A DNA stretch of 32,000 bases, from contig PHAW01000009.1 of assembly GCA_002841785.1 (NCBI GenBank), forward strand, positions 6,946-38,945. The letters run 5' to 3'. Positions 1 to 8,294 of the stretch are shown here, in pieces (the first letter of the stretch is position 1; each line of letters opens with the position of its first letter). Origin of the DNA: Deltaproteobacteria bacterium HGW-Deltaproteobacteria-3. GTDB lineage: Bacteria; Desulfobacterota; Desulfobulbia; Desulfobulbales; Desulfurivibrionaceae. Below the pieces are notes generated by a model. That model had not been told where the DNA came from. It was given only the letters and a program-made list of their open reading frames with translations, and searched no databases. A program made the translations under genes and the position numbers.

Positions 1-631
1 GCCTCACGCCGCGCAATGCCGCATCGCCCAAAAATTCCTGGGGAATCCCGGCCAGGAAACCAATCCCGTCCTCGGCCAGCAGACCGGCATGATCGGCCGG
101 CAGAACACCGTCCGGCAGGATGAGCATGATATCCGGGGTGAACATCTGGCGCATGGCAAAGGCGAGGCGCATGGCCTCGAGGGAATCGCCGAGGATGACG
201 AGCTTCTTGCCGGTGGTGCGGTAGCCGTCGCAGTCAACGCAGGTAAAAACCGTCCGGCTGAAGAACCTGTTCATCCCCTTGATTTTCGGCAGATGCTCGA
301 CAACGCCGGCGGAAACAATGGCATAGGGCGAATGGTACTGGCCCTTTTCGGTGCTGACGATAAAACCCTTCTCGGCTCGAACCGAGGCAACATGCTCTTG
401 CCGGAAATCAGCGCCGAAGGACTTGATCTGTCTGATCCCGATGTCAACGAGCTCTTTGCCGGAGGTGATTTCAAGGCCGAGATAGTTTTCGATGTGCAGG
501 GCATGGCGGGTCCGCCCGCCGCCCTGATCGATGAGGAGAACCTTGCGGTTATAGCGGGCAAGATGGATGGCGGCCTGCAAACCGCCAGGCCCTGCCCCGA
601 TGATGATGCAGTCGTAGCTGTTTTCTTGCAT
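1..631 (-). CDS. Thioredoxin-disulfide reductase-like FAD-dependent pyridine nucleotide-disulfide oxidoreductase (3' end runs off the window)
   Basis: Absent from the ORF track because it has no stop inside the window. Reverse-strand ATG at 631-629. My translation is MQENSYDCIIIGAGPGGLQAAIHLARYNRKVLLIDQ... It has a GxGxxG FAD-binding start, a redox-active CVDCDG (TrxB CATCDG-type) motif, and a second nucleotide-binding strand GKKLVILG. Confidence 0.8.
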   Translation of the reverse strand, partial: MQENSYDCIIIGAGPGGLQAAIHLARYNRKVLLIDQGGGRTRHALHIENYLGLEITSGKELVDIGIRQIKSFGADFRQEHVASVRAEKGFIVSTEKGQYHSPYAIVSAGVVEHLPKIKGMNRFFSRTVFTCVDCDGYRTTGKKLVILGDSLEAMRLAFAMRQMFTPDIMLILPDGVLPADHAGLLAEDGIGFLAGIPQEFLGDAALRGVR

Positions 632-736
632 GGGCTTTTCCTGGTCCTCCCCCCGGCGGCAGGAAATCGTTTACAAGACGGACAGCGGAAAAGCCCGAGG
701 CCGTGAGACGGCCCAGACTTTTCCGCGAGCAAGGGC

Positions 737-1306
737 TCAAAGGAGCCGATAGGGATAGGCGCGCTTGGTCCATTCGCTGTCGGGAAAAGCAGCGCTCAGC
801 TTTTCGTAGGCCGCCTTCAGCGGCTTGGGATCGTGCGACCGCTTGTAGCTGCAGACGCCCACCAGGAAAACGGCTTCCGGGGCGCTGCCGCTTTTGGCAT
901 ACCCGTCAACCAATTGCTCAAGGCGGGCCAACGCCTCATCAAACCGATCATTTTCAAAATGATATTTGCCAAGCCCCAGCAGGAGTGAGGGTATCAACTC
1001 CTCCGGCCCGAGGAAACCCACGGTCCGGTGATGTTCCTGGGCTTCCGGACTCAAGGTTATCAGGGTAGGCGTCCACTTGACGTTGTACTTCTCCGAATGA
1101 GGCTTGCTGTCGGAGAGAAGCCGCAGCGGGATAAAATTTTCTTCGACGAACCGGACAACCTTGCTTTCGGGATACGTAACTGTATCCATCTGTTGGCAGC
1201 CGATTCAGTTGGGGTTGAAAAAATCGAGCAGGATAGGCTTGCCCGCCTTCTGGCCCAGACACAGGGCATCGTCCATTTCCGTGCGCCATTGGATTGTTGC
1301 CGTCAT
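737..1306 (-). CDS. Thioredoxin-fold (Thioredoxin_7/DUF255-like) selenoprotein with UxxC redox motif and TPR-like C-terminal half; in-frame UGA at 1207-1205 read as selenocysteine
   Basis: The ORF track gives only 737..1189. The same frame continues upstream through a single TGA to ATG 1306-1304, which follows GAGGAGGGACAACC (strong SD). The joined protein is MTATIQWRTEMDDALCLGQKAGKPILLDFFNPN-U-IGCQQMDTVTYPESKVVRFVEENFIPLRL... The UGA sits where the first Cys of a thioredoxin WCxxC motif would be. A hairpin follows the UGA. Confidence 0.75.
1170..1187 (-). other. Candidate bacterial SECIS hairpin (GGAUAC-AGUUAC-GUAUCC)
   Basis: Perfect 6-bp stem with a 6-nt loop containing GU. It starts 17 nt 3' of the in-frame UGA at 1207-1205, within the spacing expected for bacterial SECIS elements. 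Confidence 0.5.
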
Positions 1307-1376
1307 GGTTGTCCCTCCTCGTGTGGTTAGTGGATAAACACCCCTTTATTGCAGTTTGCTCCAGAACCGCGCCGCG

Positions 1377-1625
1377 CTACATCTGCTCGATATTTTTCCT
1401 GAGCTGGCCGATCTGCAGACCCAACGACACGCATTGCTTGCCGTCCATGCATTGTTGCGCTTCGGAGTCCTCCAGGAAGGTCTTGAGCTCATGCTTGTCC
1501 TTCTTGAGATCAACGACCCAGGCCTTGTTGCTCTTGTCGTAATCAACTTTGAGGTCGATGCCGCAGGCGCCGATCTCCGGAAAAACAGCCTTGATCTTCT
1601 CACACAGCTCTTCTTTGGTGTGCAT
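1377..1625 (-). CDS. Small (82 aa) four-cysteine hypothetical protein, first gene of the redox operon
   Basis: ATG preceded by ACAGGAGGATGCGCC (AGGAGG SD). A sigma70-like promoter lies just upstream. I recognise no family; Cys at positions 8, 21, 59 and 64. Confidence 0.6.
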   Translation of the reverse strand: MHTKEELCEKIKAVFPEIGACGIDLKVDYDKSNKAWVVDLKKDKHELKTFLEDSEAQQCMDGKQCVSLGLQIGQLRKNIEQM

Positions 1626-1671
1626 GGCGCATCCTCCTGTTGTGTTCTGCTATTCAGACCTCGTATGTTTT

Positions 1672-1700
1672 AGTATATGTCCTGGAAAACCGGATGTAAA
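1672..1700 (-). promoter_or_regulatory. Sigma70-type promoter TTTACA-N17-TATACT
   Basis: On the reverse strand, TTTACA (1700-1695), an exact 17-nt spacer, then TATACT (1677-1672), about 45 nt upstream of the start at 1625. Confidence 0.5.
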
Positions 1701-1852
1701 GAGGAGGAGGAAAAGTTGCCCAGGATGCTTGTCCTGTCGGCCTTTGAGGGCAGAGGGGTGTTGTTCGCGCACGAAAATGGGTTGCTGTTCTCTGCGTGAG
1801 AAAAACGGGAGGAGAGGAAATTTGGATACCAGGTTGCCGGCCGGGCCTTGCC

Positions 1853-2498
1853 TTACCGAAGAGCCTGGGCAATCTCCTGCTGCATGGCTTCGATAACCGC
1901 GATGGGATCAGCGGCCTTGGAGATGGGGCGGCCCACGACCACCTGGTCGGCGCCGCTTGTGATGGCGCGGCCTGCGGTCATGATCCGGGTCTGGTCGTCG
2001 GCCGTGTCCAGCACGTTGGCTCCCGGCCTGATCCCCGGCGTGACCAGCAGCAGCTTTTCGCCAAGCCCGTCGCGCAACCGGGCGGCCTCAAGACCGGAGG
2101 AGACCACCCCGTCGCAGCCCAGTTCCAGCGCCCGTTTGGCCCGGAAATAGACCAGATCCTCAATGGACTGGGTCATGCCCATGTTTTTCCTCCAGCGCGG
2201 CCCGGATTATCGGGTCGTTGCCGTGCACGGTGGCCAGGCTCACCCCGTGGCTTCTCAGTTGGGCCACGGCCAGCTTGACCGTCTCCGGGATATCGAAAAA
2301 TTTGAGATCCAGCATCACCTTGTGGCCCCGGTCGACCAGCCAGTCAACGGTCTGGAACCAGTCGGCCATGAAAAGCTGCAGTCCGACCTTGTAAAAACCA
2401 AGATGGGATTCGGTTTTTTTCACCAGCTCCCTGGCCTGCTCCGGGGTTTCCACGTCAAGGGCCAGGATGATCCGTTCTTTCAAGGGAATGTCTTTCAC
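1853..2498 (-). pseudogene. pyrF: Orotidine 5'-phosphate decarboxylase (pyrF) interrupted by a 1-nt frameshift in a homopolymer (true pseudogene or sequence error)
   Basis: Two overlapping ORFs (2160..2498 and 1853..2182) carry the N- and C-halves of PyrF (ILALDV..., FYKVGLQLF, MLDLKFFDIPETV, TVHG / LLLVTPGIRP, VVVGRPI). The span is 646 nt, not a multiple of 3. The frame switch must lie between 2160 and 2207, where a T5 run sits (2184-2188, A5 on the coding strand). Confidence 0.75.
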
Positions 2499-2524
2499 GC
2501 GCTGCCTTTTTCCTTATGCTAATC

Positions 2525-3090
2525 TTACTGGATGTCCACCTTAACCCGGCCGCTGACATCGTAGGAATCCTTTTCCATGTCATACGCCATCCCCATGCCG
2601 CGGATGTCCAGGTTTTTGTCGGTGATCTGCACCGGGGCCAGAGTCGTGATCTTTCGGGCCTGATCGTCATAGGTGAGGCTGTCGGACTGAATCAGCATGC
2701 CTTTTTCGGCCTGCACCTTGACTTCGTTGCGCATGGTGAGAACTTTTTGCTTGCTGTTGTATTCGCCTTCCTGACCGGTGATCACAAACCTGCGTTCGGC
2801 GTTCTTGAAAACCTGCGCCTCCACCGTTACGAGCTGCATTCTGTCCTGATCTTCTCCGGAATAAAGCCGCTTGGCCTGGATCTGCCAGTCCCGCACCCCG
2901 TTTTTCAATTGGGAAAACACGACCCCCTCCATGCTGAAACCGGCGCCTGCGGTCGCGGCCTTGGGCGCAGCAAGGGTAGCGCCGGAATCCATGCCGCCGC
3001 GGGGAGCAAGAACCCGGGTGAACGCGCCGCCCCAAATCGGCCAGGAAAGCACAAGAATCATGGGCAACACCCAGAGGATATTGCGGTAAC
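2525..3090 (-). CDS. lptC: LPS export system protein LptC (OstA-like fold, N-terminal membrane anchor)
   Basis: MMTGYRNILWVLPMILVLSWPIW anchor followed by a beta-rich periplasmic domain. It lies directly downstream of kdsC, the conserved kdsC-lptC order. I moved the start to ATG 3090, 7 nt after the kdsC stop; the track's longer N-terminus overlaps kdsC. Confidence 0.65.
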
Positions 3091-3096
3091 CGGTCA

Positions 3097-3741
3097 TCAT
3101 CGCAGATACCTCGCCAACAGCTCTTCCCCCCGTCCTTTGGCCTCGATGATCAGTTCGCACAACTCGCGCACCGCGCCCCTGCCTCCGGCCTGCCTGGTCA
3201 CATAATGGGCAACCGATTTGACCTCTGCCACGCCATCGGCCACGGTTACCGCCAAACCCACCCGGCTGAGCAGGGGCAGGTCGAGCCAGTCATCCCCCAT
3301 GTAGGCGACCTGTTGGGGAGCAAGCTTCTGGGCGGCGAGGATCTCGGCAAAGGCCTCGATCTTGTTGCCCACTCCCTGATAGAGGTGGGCCAGTTTCAGA
3401 TCCTGGGCCCTGCGTTCCACCGCCTCGGAACGACGGGCGGTGATGATGCCCACCTCCACCCCGGCCTCGCGCAGAAGGCGGATGCCGAAGCCGTCCTTGA
3501 TATTGAAGGATTTCAGCTCCGTGCCGGAATCACCGTAGACGATGGAGCCATCGGTGAGCACCCCGTCCACGTCAAGGAGGAGAAGCCGGATTTCCTTTGC
3601 CCGAGGCAGGCAGGCGCGCCAGGCATAGCCGCGCTCGTCCTGGCCACTCCGCGACATGGCCCGCTGGCGCAGCCCTTCGGTGACCTCGCAGTCGGAAGGA
3701 TACTGGCCGCCGGAAATTCCGCAGGAACAGTTGCCGGTCAT
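3097..3741 (-). CDS. kdsC: 3-deoxy-D-manno-octulosonate 8-phosphate phosphatase (HAD superfamily, KdsC)
   Basis: IRLLLLDVDGVLTDG (the HAD DxD motif), FNIKDGFGIRLL, YQGVGNKIEAF, AYMGDDWLDLP, GGRGAVRE: collinear with E. coli KdsC. The start ATG overlaps the kdsA stop (ATGA) and has GGAGG upstream. Confidence 0.85.
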   Translation of the reverse strand: MTGNCSCGISGGQYPSDCEVTEGLRQRAMSRSGQDERGYAWRACLPRAKEIRLLLLDVDGVLTDGSIVYGDSGTELKSFNIKDGFGIRLLREAGVEVGIITARRSEAVERRAQDLKLAHLYQGVGNKIEAFAEILAAQKLAPQQVAYMGDDWLDLPLLSRVGLAVTVADGVAEVKSVAHYVTRQAGGRGAVRELCELIIEAKGRGEELLARYLR

Positions 3742-4580
3742 GGACCACCCTCCGCGGCCTGGCGCTGGATAAGGGCATGAATCTCCAAAAGATGGGCGAG
3801 AAGAGGCTCCACCCCCTTAAGCGGCATGGAATTGGGCCCGTCGCACAGGGCCTTGGAAGGATCGGGATGGATCTCCATGAACAGCCCGTCGATCCCGGCC
3901 GCCACCGCCGCCCGGGCCAGGGTCGGGATGAACTCCCGCTGGCCGCCGGAGCTGCCCCCCGCACCGCCGGGCAATTGGACGCTGTGGGTCGCATCGTAGA
4001 TGACCGGGCAGCCCAAGGAGCGCATCACCGGCAGGGAGCGCATGTCAACGACCAGATTGTTGTAGCCAAAGGTTGTGCCCCGCTCCATGAGCATCAGCCT
4101 GTTTTTTGCCACCGCATTGATCTTGTTCACCGCGTGTTGCATGTCCCAGGGTGAGACAAACTGGCCTTTTTTGAGGCTGACCACCTTGCCGCTTTTGGCC
4201 GCGGCAACCAGCAGATCGGTCTGCCTGCAGAGAAAGGCGGGAATCTGCAGGACATCCAACACCTCGGCGGCCGGCCCGACCTGGGCCACCTCATGCACAT
4301 CGGAAACCACCGGCACCCCGAAATCCCGGCGGATACCGGCCAGGATGCGCAGCCCTTCCTCCAGGCCGGGGCCACGGAAGGCTTCGAGCGAGGTCCGGTT
4401 GGCCTTGTCAAAGGAGGCCTTGAACATGTAGGAAATGCCCAACCGGGAGCAGATCTCCTGAAGGCCAGCGGCGACCTCGCGGCACAGGTCGGCCGATTCG
4501 ATGACGCACGGCCCACCGATCAATAAAAAAGGCCGGTTGGGACCGACCTCAAAAAAATCAGGGATACGAACAGGCTCCAC
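3738..4580 (-). CDS. kdsA: 2-dehydro-3-deoxyphosphooctonate aldolase (KDO8P synthase)
   Basis: FLLIGGPCVIES, KASFDKANRTS, GLPVVSDVH-like and DATHSVQLPGG motifs. The start is probably GTG 4580, which follows AAGGAGAGG; the track's TTG at 4610 has no SD. Confidence 0.9.
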   Translation of the reverse strand: MEPVRIPDFFEVGPNRPFLLIGGPCVIESADLCREVAAGLQEICSRLGISYMFKASFDKANRTSLEAFRGPGLEEGLRILAGIRRDFGVPVVSDVHEVAQVGPAAEVLDVLQIPAFLCRQTDLLVAAAKSGKVVSLKKGQFVSPWDMQHAVNKINAVAKNRLMLMERGTTFGYNNLVVDMRSLPVMRSLGCPVIYDATHSVQLPGGAGGSSGGQREFIPTLARAAVAAGIDGLFMEIHPDPSKALCDGPNSMPLKGVEPLLAHLLEIHALIQRQAAEGGP

Positions 4581-4617
4581 CTTTCCTCTCCTTAGATGAT
4601 GGTTTCGCAAAAGAGCC

Positions 4618-4688
4618 CTTCGACAGGCTCAGGGCGAACGGACATTATCTCCCTCTATGATCTTCCGTTCGTGCTGAACCTGTCGAAG
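4618..4688 (-). other. Long imperfect intercistronic hairpin between pyrG and kdsA
   Basis: CTTCGACAGG (4618-4627) pairs with CCTGTCGAAG (4679-4688). Inner pairings are 4629-4632/4674-4677 and 4634-4642/4664-4672. That is about 23 bp around a 21-nt loop. On the transcribed strand it is followed by GGCUCUUUUG. Confidence 0.5.
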
Positions 4689-4759
4689 CACCCATTGAAA
4701 CAAATTTTGCCTTTTGCGAATCCATTGTTTTTGGGCGGCAAAAAATCGGAAAAACCGCT

Positions 4760-6415
4760 TTAGAGCCCGGCGTTCGTGAGGGCGGCCTTGATGAAATTCG
4801 TGAACAGGGGATGCGGCTTCATGGGGCCGGACTTGAATTCCGGATGGAACTGGCAGCCCAAAAACCACGGATGGTCGGGCAGCTCGACAATCTCCACCAG
4901 CTTTTCGTCCGGGGAGGTGCCGCTGATGATGAGCCCATGCTTCACCAGCTCGTCCTTGAAGGCGTTGTTGAATTCGTAACGGTGCCGGTGCCGCTCTTGT
5001 ATCTCGCTTGTACCATAGGCCGTGTGGGCAAAGGTGCCATCCACCATCTTGCAGGGATAGGCGCCCAGCCGCAGGGTGCCGCCCAGAGCAGTGGACTCGT
5101 CACGGATCTGGATCTTGCCGGTGCGGTAATCATACCACTCCTTGATGAAATAGATGACCGGATGCTTGGTGAGCTGGTTGAACTCGGTGCTGTCGGCATC
5201 TTTCATGCCGGCGACATTTCTGGCAAATTCGATCACCGCCAACTGCATGCCGAGGCAGATGCCGAAATAGGGGATCTTCTTCTCCCGGGCAAAGGTCACG
5301 GCCTGGATCTTGCCCGCCACCCCGCGGCTGCCGAAGCCGCCCGGCACCAATACCCCGTGACACCCGGCCAGCAGGCCGTCGGCGCCCTTGTCTTCAATCT
5401 CCTCGGCGCTCACATAGCGGAGCCGCACCTTGGCCTCATTGGCCACACCCCCGTGCACCAAGGCCTCGTGCAGACTCTTGTACGACTCGGTCAGATCGAC
5501 GTATTTGCCGATGATGCCGATCTCCACCTCGCGTTTCGGATGCTTGACCTTCTCGACCAGCTCCTGCCAGGCGTCCAACCGCGGCGCCCCGGTCCAGATG
5601 TTGAGCTTGTTCAGGATGATGTCGTCGAGCCCCTCTGCGTGGAAACAGAGCGGCACTTCGTAGATATTGTCCACGTCGCGGGCCGTGATCACCGCCTCTT
5701 TCTCCACGTTGCAGAACAGGGAGATCTTGGCCTTCAGTTCGTTGGAAAGCAGGCTCTCGGTACGACAGAGGAGAATATCCGGCTGGATGCCGATGGCCCG
5801 CAGCTCCTTGACGCTGTGCTGGGTGGGCTTGGTCTTCACCTCGCCTGCGGTCTTGATGTAGGGAACCCAGGTAACATGGATGTACAGCGAATTTTCCCGC
5901 CCCACATCGGTGCGGAACTGACGGATCGCCTCCAGAAAGGGCAGCCCTTCGATATCGCCGATGGTGCCGCCGATCTCGATGATGGCCACGTCCACCTCGC
6001 CTTCAAACTGGAGGATGGCTCTCTTGATCTCATCGGTGACATGCGGGATTACCTGCACTGTGCCGCCCAGATACTCGCCACGCCGTTCCTTGCTGATCAC
6101 TGAATGATAGATGCGACCGGAGGTGTAGTTGTTGCGCTGGCCCAGAGCCACGGAGGTGTACCGCTCGTAATGGCCAAGATCCAGGTCGGTCTCCGCCCCG
6201 TCGTCGGTGACATACACCTCGCCGTGCTGGAAGGGGTTCATGGTGCCGGGGTCCACATTAATGTACGGGTCCAGCTTCTGAAAGGTGATGGACAGCCCGC
6301 GGCTCTCAAGCAGGGCGCCGATGGAGGCGGCGGCCAGCCCTTTGCCCAGGGACGAAAGAACGCCGCCGGTGATAAAAATGAACTTGGTGCGATGGGTTTG
6401 ATTGGTAGTCTTCAT
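4760..6415 (-). CDS. pyrG: CTP synthase (glutamine-hydrolysing)
   Basis: [17 protein letters not shown]-terminus and a GICLGMQ glutamine amidotransferase Cys motif; full-length collinear PyrG. I set the start at MKTTNQ (6415) rather than the track's upstream GTG. Confidence 0.93.
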   Translation of the reverse strand: MKTTNQTHRTKFIFITGGVLSSLGKGLAAASIGALLESRGLSITFQKLDPYINVDPGTMNPFQHGEVYVTDDGAETDLDLGHYERYTSVALGQRNNYTSGRIYHSVISKERRGEYLGGTVQVIPHVTDEIKRAILQFEGEVDVAIIEIGGTIGDIEGLPFLEAIRQFRTDVGRENSLYIHVTWVPYIKTAGEVKTKPTQHSVKELRAIGIQPDILLCRTESLLSNELKAKISLFCNVEKEAVITARDVDNIYEVPLCFHAEGLDDIILNKLNIWTGAPRLDAWQELVEKVKHPKREVEIGIIGKYVDLTESYKSLHEALVHGGVANEAKVRLRYVSAEEIEDKGADGLLAGCHGVLVPGGFGSRGVAGKIQAVTFAREKKIPYFGICLGMQLAVIEFARNVAGMKDADSTEFNQLTKHPVIYFIKEWYDYRTGKIQIRDESTALGGTLRLGAYPCKMVDGTFAHTAYGTSEIQERHRHRYEFNNAFKDELVKHGLIISGTSPDEKLVEIVELPDHPWFLGCQFHPEFKSGPMKPHPLFTNFIKAALTNAGL

Positions 6416-6797
6416 AAAATGGCGCCGGTCTCGTAAAATAGGAAAAAACACGGTGGATGGCTTTCAACATGCGCAACACAACCCATCGCCGCAACGCAAG
6501 CCAGGGGAAGCGAGGCCTGCGCCGGGATTCCACCAAGCAATCGACAAACAAACAGGGGAACAAGAACCGCAGCCCGACACAACCGGGCCGCACTGCATTC
6601 CCATTAAAATACAGTATTGAGCCCTCTTTTGTCCAAGGGAAAATACCCATTCCGGCAAGAGAAATTGCCGAGGGGCCAGGGACAACGCGGGCGCGGGTAC
6701 GATCTTCCTCTTCCGATGCAATTGCGGCTTGTTGCCCTTGCGCTAAATAAGGTAGTATGGCGGAACATTCATCAATCCCGAGGACACACGTTCTGCC

Positions 6798-8294
6798 ATG
6801 TCTTTTTGTCTCTGCACAAAAATCCGCGCCATCCTGGTACCTCTCTGCCTGCTGGCCCTTGCTTTTCCAGGCTGCAGGGAGAGCAAGCCCCCGGAAAAAC
6901 CCGCCGCGCAAAAAACTGCGCCCCAGCCCGTGCGCCAGCCAGGCTGCCTGGGCTGTCACCCTGAGGTGCGGCTCGATTCCAGCCACGCTCTCGCCTGCAC
7001 CGAGTGCCACCATGGAAACCCGGAGGGCGCAACCCGGGAGCAGGCCCACGCCGGGCTTATCAGCCAGCCCGCCCATCCGGAGCGGATGCAGAAATCCTGC
7101 GGCGCATGCCATGCCAAGCAGGTGGCCGAGACCGCCTCTTCGCTGCACTTCACCGCGCACAACGAGGTGAACCTTGTCCGGTCGGCCTTCGGCGCCAGAG
7201 CCCCCCTTGCTTCGCTTACGGAAATCCCGATTCCTGAAACAATCTCCTCCCCGCTCGACCTTGCCGACGACCTGCTGCGCCGCCGCTGCCTGCGCTGCCA
7301 TGTGTACAGTTCCGGCGACGGCTATCCGGAAACAGTGCGCGGCACCGGCTGCGCCGCCTGCCATCTCCCTTACGGCAACGGCACAATGAGTAGCCACGGT
7401 TTCAGCAAGTCGCCGGCGGACAGCCAGTGCCTGCACTGCCATTACGGCAATTTCGTGGGCGCTGACTATCATGGCCGCTTTGAGCACGACTTCAACCAGG
7501 AGTACCGCACCCCCTACCGTACGGATGGCAGCGAGAACCGGCCCTATGGGGTCGAGTTCCATCAACTGGCCCCGGACATCCACCAGCAGAAGGGCATGGC
7601 CTGCATCGACTGCCACAGCGGAGGCGAGCTCATGGGCGGGCACGGTGGTGCGGGAAAAAAAGAAAAGGCGGTGACCTGCCTCGGTTGCCACGGCTGGCGT
7701 AAAGGGCTGCCCCTGCCCATGAACAATCTGCAGATTGAGGCGGACCACCTTGTACTGACCACCCGGCTGACCAACAAGAAACTCGTGGTGCCCCAACTTG
7801 TCCATCCGGCCCACAAACAGTATGAAAAAAAAGCGCATTGCACCGTATGCCACAGCCAGTGGTCCTTTAACGACCAGGGGACCCACCTGCTCCGCATCGA
7901 TAATCCCGATCATCCCGCCTGGTCGCGGCTCGGCGTGCAGGGCAGCCGGGAGGTGGAGGAACAACTGGACAATCCCGCCCCCACAGGGACTTCCCTGCGG
8001 GACAAGATCACCGGGACGTCAAGCCCAAGCCTGTGGCTCAAGGGCTACGAGTTGCGCCGCTGGGAAAGCCCCTTGATCGGGGTTGGGCCGGACGGCAAGC
8101 TGCACATCTTCCGGCCTGTTCTGGACCTGCATCTCTCCATGGTTGACGCTGACAACACAGTTATTTTCGACAATCTGGGCGTGGAGCCCAGGCAACACCG
8201 CTATCTCCCCTACACCCCGCACACCGCTGGCAAGGCCGGAGCATTTTTCACGGAACGGCTCAAACCCAACCTGCCCACAGAGAGACAACCATGA
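6798..8294 (+). CDS. Nonaheme c-type cytochrome, probable lipoprotein
   Basis: Nine CxxCH motifs (CLGCH, CTECH, CGACH, CLRCH, CAACH, CLHCH, CIDCH, CLGCH, CTVCH). Signal peptide ending LALAFPGC (lipobox-like). The C-terminal ~150 aa carry no heme motif. Confidence 0.8.
   Translation: MSFCLCTKIRAILVPLCLLALAFPGCRESKPPEKPAAQKTAPQPVRQPGCLGCHPEVRLDSSHALACTECHHGNPEGATREQAHAGLISQPAHPERMQKSCGACHAKQVAETASSLHFTAHNEVNLVRSAFGARAPLASLTEIPIPETISSPLDLADDLLRRRCLRCHVYSSGDGYPETVRGTGCAACHLPYGNGTMSSHGFSKSPADSQCLHCHYGNFVGADYHGRFEHDFNQEYRTPYRTDGSENRPYGVEFHQLAPDIHQQKGMACIDCHSGGELMGGHGGAGKKEKAVTCLGCHGWRKGLPLPMNNLQIEADHLVLTTRLTNKKLVVPQLVHPAHKQYEKKAHCTVCHSQWSFNDQGTHLLRIDNPDHPAWSRLGVQGSREVEEQLDNPAPTGTSLRDKITGTSSPSLWLKGYELRRWESPLIGVGPDGKLHIFRPVLDLHLSMVDADNTVIFDNLGVEPRQHRYLPYTPHTAGKAGAFFTERLKPNLPTERQP

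Noticed and set aside
3097-3741. Shorter KdsC start at the internal Met (MSRSGQDE..., ~3657), giving an E. coli-like length
   Set aside because: That ATG has no SD, whereas ATG 3741 follows GGAGG and overlaps the kdsA stop (ATGA). I kept the longer form, but the extra 28 N-terminal residues (Cys-rich) remain uncertain.
4811-6103. 430-aa plus-strand ORF inside pyrG, and the 79-aa ORF at 4629..4868
   Set aside because: They are antisense to, or overlap, the unambiguous CTP synthase gene. The 79-aa ORF mostly covers the structured pyrG-kdsA spacer and has no SD.
6306-7964. 552-aa ORF on the minus strand spanning the pyrG-cytochrome intergenic region and most of the cytochrome gene
   Set aside because: It is antisense to a gene with nine in-register CxxCH motifs. 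Its composition is Ala/Gly/Arg-rich and low-complexity with no recognisable motif or SD. This is a typical stop-free shadow frame in GC-rich DNA.
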